Shown: piece by piece, positions 55,937 to 64,000 of the stretch
How positions within the stretch are numbered: the stretch's first letter is position 1
Layout of the letters: every line of letters begins with the position of its first letter
NCBI GenBank assembly: GCA_015486015.1
Contig: WFSL01000014.1
Location: 7,650-71,649 of the forward strand
Direction: 5' to 3'
DNA from: Aquificota bacterium
Lineage (GTDB): Bacteria; Thermosulfidibacterota; Thermosulfidibacteria; Thermosulfidibacterales; B14-G1
DNA length: 64,000 nt
Translations under genes and position numbers: made by a program
The notes under the pieces: generated by a model
What the model was told of the DNA's origin: nothing
Databases searched by the model: none
What the model saw: the letters and a program-made list of their open reading frames with translations, nothing else

Positions 55937-57127
55937 ATGGAGAAGAGAGAAGGAAAAGAGATAAAGGAGGGTAACTGGAACCCCCTGTCTGCTGTCTTGG
56001 GTGTGTCCCATCCCTTCTTCGAAAAATGCCTGTTCCTGGAGGGCTACGACATATCGTCCAATATCTATGTGGTGGTGGGGGACTACTTGAGCATCATAGA
56101 TCCGGGCAACGACTACACTGCCTTCATCCAGCTCTTCGAGCTGGGGTACAAGCCCACGGACATCAAGAAGATCCTTATCACTCATGGCCACCCGGAGCAT
56201 GCCATGGGCGCCTTAGAGCTCTTCAGGTACCCCAGCATTGCAGAAACCAAGCAACTGGAGATCCTCATGAGTGATGCGGGGCCAGAGTCCTTCAGAAAGC
56301 TGGTGACAGATTTTGGCTGCACATTGACCGATGTAAAGGACGGTGACACCATTGACCTCGGCGGTTTCGAAGTAAAGGTGGTTCACACCCCAGGCCATAC
56401 CATGGACAGTCTCTGTTTTTACCATGCACCCACAAAGGCCATCTTCACAGGGGACACTGTGATGCCTTATGCCGTTGCCACACCAGACGAGATAGCAGGG
56501 GGAAGGGCAGACTACTATCTCCTCTCGTTGAAAGTCCTGATGGGGATGGAAATAGATCACCTGCTTCCTGGGCATGGGATGCCTGTGGCCCATGAGGCCC
56601 AAAAAGTACTGGAAGGCTCATACGCTGGTGCCATTAAGAGGATCATTGGCCTGAGCACCCCCTGGCTGGAGGGGGCAGGAGAGCTGGCCAAGAAGGGGTA
56701 TCTGGCAGAGGCCGCATTCTGCTGTGATATGGAGCTGAAGGAAGACTCCAAGAACCTGAAGGCATTAGAGTTGAAGGCCTCATGCCTTAGCGACATGGGC
56801 CGGTTTGAGGAGGCATACGACCTCTTTGACAGGCTCAGTAAAGAGATAGGGGACTACACCTTCGCCATCCTGGGAAAGGGTTACTCCCTCATGGGGATGG
56901 GCAAATACAGGGAAGCCATGATCCTATTTAACAGGGTGCTCAAAAGGAACCCTGCAAACAAGACCGCAAAGATATACAAAGGTATGGCCCTCTATCTCTC
57001 GGGTAGAAAGGAAGAGGCCTTAAAGATAAAGGAGTTTAAGGCTGGGCTGGTAGAGAAGCTTAAGAGGGAGATGGAAAAGAGGGCCAGGATCCCGAAGGAG
57101 GGTGGCAGAGACGATGCCGTGGTATGA
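55937..57127 (+). CDS. MBL-fold metallo-hydrolase with C-terminal TPR repeats (paralogue 2)
   Basis: SSNIY, THGHPEH, TPGHT, TGD, PGHG; TPR tail. Confidence 0.87.
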   Translation: MEKREGKEIKEGNWNPLSAVLGVSHPFFEKCLFLEGYDISSNIYVVVGDYLSIIDPGNDYTAFIQLFELGYKPTDIKKILITHGHPEHAMGALELFRYPSIAETKQLEILMSDAGPESFRKLVTDFGCTLTDVKDGDTIDLGGFEVKVVHTPGHTMDSLCFYHAPTKAIFTGDTVMPYAVATPDEIAGGRADYYLLSLKVLMGMEIDHLLPGHGMPVAHEAQKVLEGSYAGAIKRIIGLSTPWLEGAGELAKKGYLAEAAFCCDMELKEDSKNLKALELKASCLSDMGRFEEAYDLFDRLSKEIGDYTFAILGKGYSLMGMGKYREAMILFNRVLKRNPANKTAKIYKGMALYLSGRKEEALKIKEFKAGLVEKLKREMEKRARIPKEGGRDDAVV

Positions 57128-57509
57128 AAAGATGGAGTTCTATTACAGCAGCTCCGTGTCACCAGATGAGAGGTATCCATGCAATATTGAAGGGGCCATC
57201 AAGGGGATAGAGATGCTGGCAGGAAAGGGGCTGGATGCCAAGGCGATAGACGTGGAGGAACTAAGGGACGCATTCAGGGCGTACCATAAGGCACTCTCGA
57301 TCGCCGACCCTGACAGGCACTCCGTCTTCTCAAAGGTGAGAGGGGACTACAGAGATCTCTTTGGCAGGGCCATACCAGCGTTACTATGCTATGAGAAGGC
57401 CAATGATAGGGTACCAAGCGAGGTCTTCCCCAGGGAAGAAGAGGGCAGGCTGATAACGGTAAACGAGGCCTTAGAGAGATTCCTGAAAGGGCACGGGGAA
57501 CATGGATAG
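57114..57509 (+). CDS. Uncharacterised protein
   Basis: ~131-aa ORF overlapping the previous stop; YPCN and IPALLCYE..VFPR segments. Confidence 0.65.
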   Translation: MPWYEKMEFYYSSSVSPDERYPCNIEGAIKGIEMLAGKGLDAKAIDVEELRDAFRAYHKALSIADPDRHSVFSKVRGDYRDLFGRAIPALLCYEKANDRVPSEVFPREEEGRLITVNEALERFLKGHGEHG

Positions 57510-57512
57510 GGA

Positions 57513-58346
57513 TTAATGGGGCGTCGGTTGAGGATAACCTGCCTCTAAGAATTTTAGACTCTCTCTCCATTGTTCAAAGTAGCGAGTCAGTAATACCTCC
57601 TCTGGCGCATTAGATCTCCCTTTGGCCACCTCCATAATCGCATGGGTGAAGAGGATCCAGCTCTTGGCTATCTCACCAACCAAAGTCCCCCTCATATACC
57701 GGAACTCCACAGTACCCCTAAACCAGTAGGAGTGGAGATTGAGGCCATGGTAGCGGGTTTCGTTGTATCTCACCCTGCCGGGGGAGTTCTCCTCCTGGCT
57801 ATACCAAAGCTCCCTCAGAGATTGGGGGTCCCTACACCCTGCCCCTGCATAATCTCTAACCTTCTTCAGGAGCCAATTGGAGAGGGGCCTGCAAGATTTC
57901 TCCATCCGCCTTTCGTTGTTGGGGATGGCCTTAAATATCAAGGGCTCCCATATCCTCATAAGCCTCAGTAGGTTTACCAGCTCCTTGCACCCGAAGTCCG
58001 AGGCGTCATGGTGGACATGGAGTCCACAGCTCCCATCAACCGTGGCGCCCTGATCCTTGATAATCCTAAGGACCTTACCTACGTCCCTCAGACCTCGAGT
58101 GCCAGAGAGATGGGGGCTCGCCACCTCCACAGCCCCCTTCCCCCTGATAGAGTGATCCTCCTGAAGTCTCCAGGTGTCCTCTCCGTTGCCTATGGGCAGG
58201 CCAGACTCCTCGAATGCCCTCTTTAAGCCATCGGGTATGCGATAGGGGGGAACAACGCCGCTGTCTATGGGTAGGAATCGTCCATACCAGAGATGATTCA
58301 CCTCTATCTCCACACCAAACGGCCTGTCGCTCAAAAAAAGGCTCAT
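57513..58346 (-). CDS. Putative amidoligase (COOH-NH2 ligase, Amidoligase_2-like)
   Basis: FGVEIE, DHSI, EVASP, SCGLHVH, RY..LN, TVEFR. Confidence 0.85.
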   Translation of the reverse strand: MSLFLSDRPFGVEIEVNHLWYGRFLPIDSGVVPPYRIPDGLKRAFEESGLPIGNGEDTWRLQEDHSIRGKGAVEVASPHLSGTRGLRDVGKVLRIIKDQGATVDGSCGLHVHHDASDFGCKELVNLLRLMRIWEPLIFKAIPNNERRMEKSCRPLSNWLLKKVRDYAGAGCRDPQSLRELWYSQEENSPGRVRYNETRYHGLNLHSYWFRGTVEFRYMRGTLVGEIAKSWILFTHAIMEVAKGRSNAPEEVLLTRYFEQWRESLKFLEAGYPQPTPH

Positions 58347-59065
58347 AGAGAGACTTTGATAGCACCATCTGCTATCACCTTCAACTCCCCCTTCCGAAAC
58401 TCCTGCCAGGTCTCGGCCTGGAAGAGGGGTGTGGACGAGACCTGAACCACCGGATTGAGCGCCTCTTCAATTCGCCAAAAGAGGCTCCGGTGGCCACCGT
58501 AGAAGGCAAACACGATATGGGGGTTGGCCAAAATAAAATTGCACCTTTCCCCGGTTTTCGCACTGCAGGTGATGTCCGCCATCCATGAGATCAGCTCTTC
58601 TGTAGGGGGTGCACGGTCCTGAAACCGGTGCCACATGTGATTGAGCAACCAGCAGAAGAGGTGTTCCGTGTCTGTATCCCCCACAGGCCGGAAGCGTTGA
58701 GGGCCAGGGTGCTGCCTGTTGATCACATCCACCTCCCCATGATGGACGAAAACCCAGGGCATCCCCCAGAGTTCCCTCACAAAGGGATGGGCATTGGCCA
58801 TTGTCACCCTCCCCTTTGTGGCCCTACGGACATGCAGGATCGCCTGGTTGCTCTTCAGCTCTACCCTATCGAGGATGACCCTGAGGAGGGTGCTCTCCCG
58901 GGCAGGCTCCCTGCCCTTAAACATGAGGCACTCCCCCTCCAAAAAACAGGCAAAACCCCACCCGTCCTTATTGTAGGTATCTGGGATGAGGGGAAGGAAG
59001 AAATAGGTCATGAAGGACTGAAGAGAAAGGGGATACCTGGCAGAGAGGGCTGCCATCCGACACAT
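58343..59065 (-). CDS. Class II glutamine amidotransferase (YafJ/EgtC-like)
   Basis: N-terminal MCR nucleophile, DGWG, HVRRAT, NAHPF, TDTE; ATGA coupling to the amidoligase. Confidence 0.88.
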   Translation of the reverse strand: MCRMAALSARYPLSLQSFMTYFFLPLIPDTYNKDGWGFACFLEGECLMFKGREPARESTLLRVILDRVELKSNQAILHVRRATKGRVTMANAHPFVRELWGMPWVFVHHGEVDVINRQHPGPQRFRPVGDTDTEHLFCWLLNHMWHRFQDRAPPTEELISWMADITCSAKTGERCNFILANPHIVFAFYGGHRSLFWRIEEALNPVVQVSSTPLFQAETWQEFRKGELKVIADGAIKVSL

Positions 59066-59127
59066 CTTTCTCTCCCTCAGCTCGAATGACTATACCGTCC
59101 AATGGGCCACCTTCAATAAAACAAGGC

Positions 59128-60906
59128 TTATTCCAAGAAAGCCTTTATCCTCCGGGCCAGTGTGGTGGGGACTACGGATGAGATCTCCTCTATGGAAGCC
59201 GAGCTCAAACCCTCTATGCCCCCAAACCTCTCAAGCAAAAGCTCACGTCTCTTGGGTCCTACCCCCGGTATTCCCTCCAGAACGGAGGCAAGGGTCCTCC
59301 TTCTCCTTACCCTCCTATGGTGGGTAATCCCAAAGCGGTGGGCCTCGTCCCTTATCCGCTGGAGCAGGTGGGTCACGGGATCGGTAGGCTCCAGATCAAG
59401 GGGCCTCTCCCATGTAGGGGAATAGAGACGTTCGAAATGCATTCCCCTCCCTTTGGCCAGCGCCCTGACCTCTATGCCCTCAATCCCTCCCTCCTGGAGC
59501 ACCTCCAAGGCTACCTGGAGATGCCCACGACCACCATCAATGAGCATAAGCTGAGGTAACTCCCACTCTCTGTGATCCAGACGGCGCCTTAACACCTCCT
59601 TAATCATAGCATAGTCGTCTATACCTTCTACAGTCGTGATGATGAAGTGGCGGTATCCATCTTTGGCAGGCTCGCCCTCCACAAAAGTGACCATGGAACC
59701 CACCGCCTCTTTGCCAGCGAGATTGGAGATATCGTAGCCCTCAATACGCACCGGGATCTGAGACAACCCCAACAGGCGGGCCATACCCTCGAGAAGGGCC
59801 ATCGTATTCCCCCTCTTGGATACCCATTCCCCCTTGAAACGCTTCAGCCTTTCCCTGGCTAAGGAAAGGAGGGGGCGCTCCTCTCCTCTCCCCTGGGTGA
59901 TCCTCACCCTTTTTCCCCTCAGGTGTGTGAGCCATTGGGAAAAGGTGAATTTTTCAGGATGGGAAGGCACCAACACCACCTTCGGCGGTACCTCCATTTG
60001 CCTGTAATAATCCCGGAAGAAGACCCTCATCCCCTCAGGATCTTCTAAGGCAAAGCCTTTCTCCCCCAGTAGCATCCCCCTGCGCACCATAAGCACAAGT
60101 ATGAAGAGCCATGCCCCCTCTCTCTCCCATGCAACGAGGTCCAGGTCCGTCTCCCTGGGAAGGAGGACCCTCTGACGCTCCATGATACGCCTCAAGGCAA
60201 AGATTTGGTCTCGGACCCGGGCTGCCTCCTCAAAATGCAAGCCTTCAGACAAGGTCTCCATGCGCCTTTGGAGCTCTTCCAACACCTCAGCCCCTTTACC
60301 CTCCAGTACCTGCCTTACCCCCTTCACCAAGGAGGCATATTCATCTTGGCTCACAGGCTGAGCACACGGACCTAAGCACCTACCCATCTGGAAATTGAGG
60401 CAGGGCCTATCCCTCTTCTTCAGGGGACCTCGACAGCGCCTCAAAGGAAAGATCTTGCTCAAAAGACTCATGGTCTCCCTTACGGCCCAGGCCGGCACAT
60501 AGGGGCCGTAGTAAAGGGAACCGTCCTTGACGGGACGCCTCACCAACTCCAGATAGGGATAGGGGTCTGACAAAGCCAAACGCAGATAGGGGTAGCGCTT
60601 ATCGTCTTTAAGCATCACGTTGTAAGGGGGACGATGAGCCTTTATGAGATTAGACTCTAAGATGAAGGCCTCCAGTTCAGAGGATGTGTCCATCCAATCC
60701 ACCCTCACTGCCTGGGAGACCATGTGCCTGATCTTAGGGGTGAGGTGATGGGGATTTAGGTAAGACCTCAACCTGGACCGCAGATTCTTTGCCTTACCCA
60801 CATAGAGAATGCGATCGCGGGCATCCCTAAAAATGTAGACCCCACAGCCAGTAGTGGCCCCCTCTATAGAAGCCACCAGTCGTTGAGATATACATGGATC
60901 CCTCAT
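59128..60906 (-). CDS. uvrC: Excinuclease ABC subunit C
   Basis: GVY, YVGKAKNL, PPYN..LKDDK.YP, FEEAA..RD, YDISN, IDGG.G, RDEAHRF, GVGPKR. Confidence 0.96.
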   Translation of the reverse strand: MRDPCISQRLVASIEGATTGCGVYIFRDARDRILYVGKAKNLRSRLRSYLNPHHLTPKIRHMVSQAVRVDWMDTSSELEAFILESNLIKAHRPPYNVMLKDDKRYPYLRLALSDPYPYLELVRRPVKDGSLYYGPYVPAWAVRETMSLLSKIFPLRRCRGPLKKRDRPCLNFQMGRCLGPCAQPVSQDEYASLVKGVRQVLEGKGAEVLEELQRRMETLSEGLHFEEAARVRDQIFALRRIMERQRVLLPRETDLDLVAWEREGAWLFILVLMVRRGMLLGEKGFALEDPEGMRVFFRDYYRQMEVPPKVVLVPSHPEKFTFSQWLTHLRGKRVRITQGRGEERPLLSLARERLKRFKGEWVSKRGNTMALLEGMARLLGLSQIPVRIEGYDISNLAGKEAVGSMVTFVEGEPAKDGYRHFIITTVEGIDDYAMIKEVLRRRLDHREWELPQLMLIDGGRGHLQVALEVLQEGGIEGIEVRALAKGRGMHFERLYSPTWERPLDLEPTDPVTHLLQRIRDEAHRFGITHHRRVRRRRTLASVLEGIPGVGPKRRELLLERFGGIEGLSSASIEEISSVVPTTLARRIKAFLE

Positions 60907-60967
60907 GTCATGCCCCCTTAAACACAAAAAAGGATAAGGTTAAAATGGAAAAAACACCAGCCCTATC

Positions 60968-62296
60968 TTATGTGCGCCTCACCTTGGCGATGAAGAAACC
61001 ATCGGTACCGGCATGGTGGGGATAGAGGGTGAGAAAGCCGGGCCTCCTGTAGAAGGGGCGGAGGGCCTCAGGAAGCCGGTCTCTGAAGTCCACAGGCTCC
61101 AATTGGGGACAATGCTGAAGGATGGCGTCTATCAAGGACTCTCCCTCCTCAGGCTCAGTAGAACAGACACTGTATACCAGGGTACCACCAGGATTGAGTG
61201 CCTCTATTGCATTTTTGAGCAAGCGAAGCTGCTTCTTTGCAAAGGCCCTTATATCCTCCTCCCTTCTGCGCCACTTGATCTCGGGATGGCGCCTGATGGT
61301 CCCCAAGTCTGTGCAGGGGGCATCCAATAAAATGCGTTGGAAAGGTGCCCACTTCCCTGCCACCTCCACCGCATCCCCGAGCATTGCACTTATTATGGTT
61401 GAGCCACTCCTATCGCAAGTCTCCTTCAAGACGCGGAAGCGATAAGGGTCTACCTCACAGGCCAAGACCTCTCCCTGATTCTCCATGGCCCAGGCCGCTT
61501 GTACCGTCTTTATGCCAGGTGCAGCGCAGGCATCCAGTACCTTCTCCCCAGCTCTGGGATCCAACACCTTGATGACCAAGGCAGAGGCGGGGTCTTGGGG
61601 GTGGATGAGCCCAGATTTGAAGAAGGGGAGACGAGTGATGTCCACAGGCGTAAGAATGATGATCACCTCCTCCATAAATGGATGAGGCTTACTCTCTATC
61701 CCCATGGCCTTCAACTCCTTTCGCAGATAGGGAAGGTCCACCAGGTGGGTATTCACCCATACAGAGAACGGGGCAGGTGTGTTATTGCAGCGCACAAGTT
61801 GCAGCAGATCCAGCATCTCCATCCTGAGACGCCAACGCTTTACCAGCCACAAGGGATGGGCATAGGCAATGGAAAGGGCGGAGAGGGCAGATCTCTGGCC
61901 TATCACCGCTGGATATGGGCCGCCTGCCACTTTCCTCAGTACCGCATTCACCAGTCCATGGTACTTGGAAGGACACTGCTCCTTTGCCAGCTTCACCCCT
62001 TCGTCAACGGCAGAGTAAGGGGGGACCCTATCCATAAAGACAAGCTGGTATGCAGAGAGCCTGAGTATATTCTTCACCTCTGGGGGGAGTTGCTGATAGC
62101 CCTTTATGTGAGAAGAGAGTATCCAGTCCAAGCGACCCAGCCACCTGAGTACCCCCAATGTGAGCTCCCATAGGAAGGCCCTGTCCCTGCCCTTGAGGCC
62201 TCCCTTCGAGGCCTCAAGGGAGAGGAGTTGGTTGGCGTGTTCTCCCTTTTCAAGGACCCTGTCAATGATAGCCAGGGCAATGGCCCTGACGCTCAT
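60968..62296 (-). CDS. rsmB: 16S rRNA m5C967 methyltransferase
   Basis: NusB-like N-terminus (VNAVLR), QD..S, DACAAPG.KT, DAPC, YSVCS, DGFF. Confidence 0.93.
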   Translation of the reverse strand: MSVRAIALAIIDRVLEKGEHANQLLSLEASKGGLKGRDRAFLWELTLGVLRWLGRLDWILSSHIKGYQQLPPEVKNILRLSAYQLVFMDRVPPYSAVDEGVKLAKEQCPSKYHGLVNAVLRKVAGGPYPAVIGQRSALSALSIAYAHPLWLVKRWRLRMEMLDLLQLVRCNNTPAPFSVWVNTHLVDLPYLRKELKAMGIESKPHPFMEEVIIILTPVDITRLPFFKSGLIHPQDPASALVIKVLDPRAGEKVLDACAAPGIKTVQAAWAMENQGEVLACEVDPYRFRVLKETCDRSGSTIISAMLGDAVEVAGKWAPFQRILLDAPCTDLGTIRRHPEIKWRRREEDIRAFAKKQLRLLKNAIEALNPGGTLVYSVCSTEPEEGESLIDAILQHCPQLEPVDFRDRLPEALRPFYRRPGFLTLYPHHAGTDGFFIAKVRRT

Positions 62297-62504
62297 ATCC
62301 TGAACCCGATGCAAATCATCAGCCAACTGCATCCCGTTGGAGGCTTGCCTCCACTTCCCCTTATCGAGGCCATTCACCCCCGAGGCAACCGTGAGGATCC
62401 TCAATAAAAAGGCCAAGACAATGAAATATAAATACTGTTTTACACATCACACTCCATAACTGGAGGGACTTAATATCCTCCCGCATGCCAGGTTTTCGCC
62501 TCTT

Positions 62505-62933
62505 TCACCTTCCCACTGCCTCTATCTTCTGCTGGAGCTTTTTGGTGAACCTCGACCTGTTTATCACATACCGTTCGTGGGTACCCTTACCTATCTGGTC
62601 AACGCCATCGTGCGCCTCTACCTCAAACAGGAGCCGCCTACCTTCCACCTCAACAAGCCTCACCTTTACAGTCACCTCAAACCCGGGGGGTGTGGCTGCC
62701 GTATGGCTTACGTTTACATAGGTGCCAACAGTTTGCTCCTCAGGCCAGTCTATGTAAGGGTTGACAGCCTTTATACACGCCCACTCTATTAGACCGATCA
62801 TAAACCCTGTAGCGAAGACCTCAGGCATCTCTCTGAACTCAGGGGCCTCTGGGTAGAGGGCAGGGACCGTTTTTGACCGAGGTATCCGATATCGGTAGGT
62901 ATACTCCAGTCCCGGTTTAAGCATCTCCTTCAT
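62505..62933 (-). CDS. Hot-dog thioesterase, FlK-like
   Basis: VFAT..MIGLIE, TVG..VNVSH.AAT, G.HER. Confidence 0.88.
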   Translation of the reverse strand: MKEMLKPGLEYTYRYRIPRSKTVPALYPEAPEFREMPEVFATGFMIGLIEWACIKAVNPYIDWPEEQTVGTYVNVSHTAATPPGFEVTVKVRLVEVEGRRLLFEVEAHDGVDQIGKGTHERYVINRSRFTKKLQQKIEAVGR

Positions 62934-63035
62934 TGCTTCTTCACCTCCTTGGCCCCAAAACCCCTAAGTGTGCAAATTCACCATATCGAGTCGCTAATAC
63001 GCAAAGTAGAGAGCAACCGTTCTCATGTCAAGTTG

Positions 63036-64000
63036 TTAAACCAGAGGTGGTCTGGTGAGCTCCAACGGATAAACCAACGGTCCCTCCCTCCTAAAGATAC
63101 GGGCACCAAAACGCTCTAACACCCAACCACTATCCCGCCTCCCCCCAAAAGGGTCACGAGGATCCAGATAGAGAAATTGGGGGGCCCAATAAACACTCCC
63201 ATAAAGGCGTTCCAAGGTCCTTTTCCCACCAGCACATTCCCCAAAGGCATAGGCGATTAAGGGGTACCTGGTTTTCGTGGCCTCCTTTAAGATGGCAGAG
63301 GCAGAGGCCTCCACCTTGATAACCAAAAGGGGGCCAAACACCTCAATATCGGGAACATCTTTGACGAGTAGTACAGTGGGATACAGCCACTCACCCTCAC
63401 CTTCTCCTCCATACAGGATCTCACCGTCTATTGACTCCAGTGCCCTCTCGAATGAGGTGCGTGTCCTCTCCACCTTGATGGGACCATAGTCCACTTCAGG
63501 ATCCAAAGGATCCCCCACATTTATCTTCTCCACCTCAGCCAATACCCCCTCTACAAAGGGGACAAAGAGGTCCTTATGTACTAAAGCCCTCTTTACGGTG
63601 GTGCAGTACTGTCCCCCGTTGAGAAATGCCCTCCTTGCAGTGAAGGCAGCCGCTTGCTCCACGTTGGCGCCTGGAAAGACCAGCACAGGGGGCATTCCGC
63701 CTGGGCCCGCATAGATGATCTTGTCAAAGTATGTTATGTACCTTGCATAAATCCTCCCCACCATGCCGGATCCTGATACAAAGAAGACCCTCACATTCGG
63801 GTCATCCACACACTCCTCACCAAATTCCCTGTTGTCTCTTCCCAATTCCACCTCTATCAGATCCCCCCACGGAGAGCAGACGTCACGCATAAGCTCTGCT
63901 ACATGAGGGGTGAGGGAGGAGAAGCTCACACGCACCCTGTTGCCGCCGAGCAGGGCCGCACCTCCCCAACGTGCAAACATCACCGTGGGCCCATCGTATG
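63036..64000 (-). CDS. Atypical aldehyde dehydrogenase-family protein (start possibly beyond the window edge)
   Basis: VSGS, NGGQYCT, GDP, EVFGP, PFGG...SG. Confidence 0.75.
   Translation of the reverse strand, partial: YDGPTVMFARWGGAALLGGNRVRVSFSSLTPHVAELMRDVCSPWGDLIEVELGRDNREFGEECVDDPNVRVFFVSGSGMVGRIYARYITYFDKIIYAGPGGMPPVLVFPGANVEQAAAFTARRAFLNGGQYCTTVKRALVHKDLFVPFVEGVLAEVEKINVGDPLDPEVDYGPIKVERTRTSFERALESIDGEILYGGEGEGEWLYPTVLLVKDVPDIEVFGPLLVIKVEASASAILKEATKTRYPLIAYAFGECAGGKRTLERLYGSVYWAPQFLYLDPRDPFGGRRDSGWVLERFGARIFRREGPLVYPLELTRPPLV

Noticed and set aside
49823-59065. Calling the accessory block a mobile element or a toluene (bss/bbs) pathway
   Set aside because: No integrase, transposase or flanking repeats were found, and there is no glycyl-radical enzyme, activase or bbs beta-oxidation gene in the window.

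Overview
Gene-dense window from a probably anaerobic, thermophilic, Deltaproteobacteria/Thermosulfidibacter-like bacterium. This placement is inferred from gene content, not proven. No CRISPR array, rRNA, integrase or transposase is visible. Bases 1-25.5 kb are mostly housekeeping genes: coaX, tgt, cobB, pyrC-carA, gltX, dapB-dapA-dapF-lysA, argH, pilT-pilB, tRNA-Met(CAT) and hsp20-lon. This part also holds an acyl-CoA dehydrogenase split by a 1-nt frameshift in a G6 run. Bases 25.6-42.6 kb are an uninterrupted minus-strand cluster encoding every step of a ferredoxin-dependent TCA cycle (acn, eukaryote/Geobacter-type citrate synthase, monomeric icd, mdh, fumAB, sdhCDAB, sucCD, korDABC), an enzyme set compatible with a reversible (roTCA-type) cycle. 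The best candidate for an undescribed system is the block at 49.8-59.1 kb between trmI and uvrC. It has a TTGACA-17-TAGTTT promoter and a possible 25-aa leader ORF, followed by two divergent family III CoA-transferase subunits with strong codon bias. Downstream are a Cys/Zn-ribbon protein, a small BssC-like putative Fe-S protein and further unknown small proteins. Two MBL-fold+TPR paralogues bracket this operon, and a convergent class II glutamine amidotransferase + amidoligase pair follows it. Product calls rest on motif recognition by eye; no database search was run.
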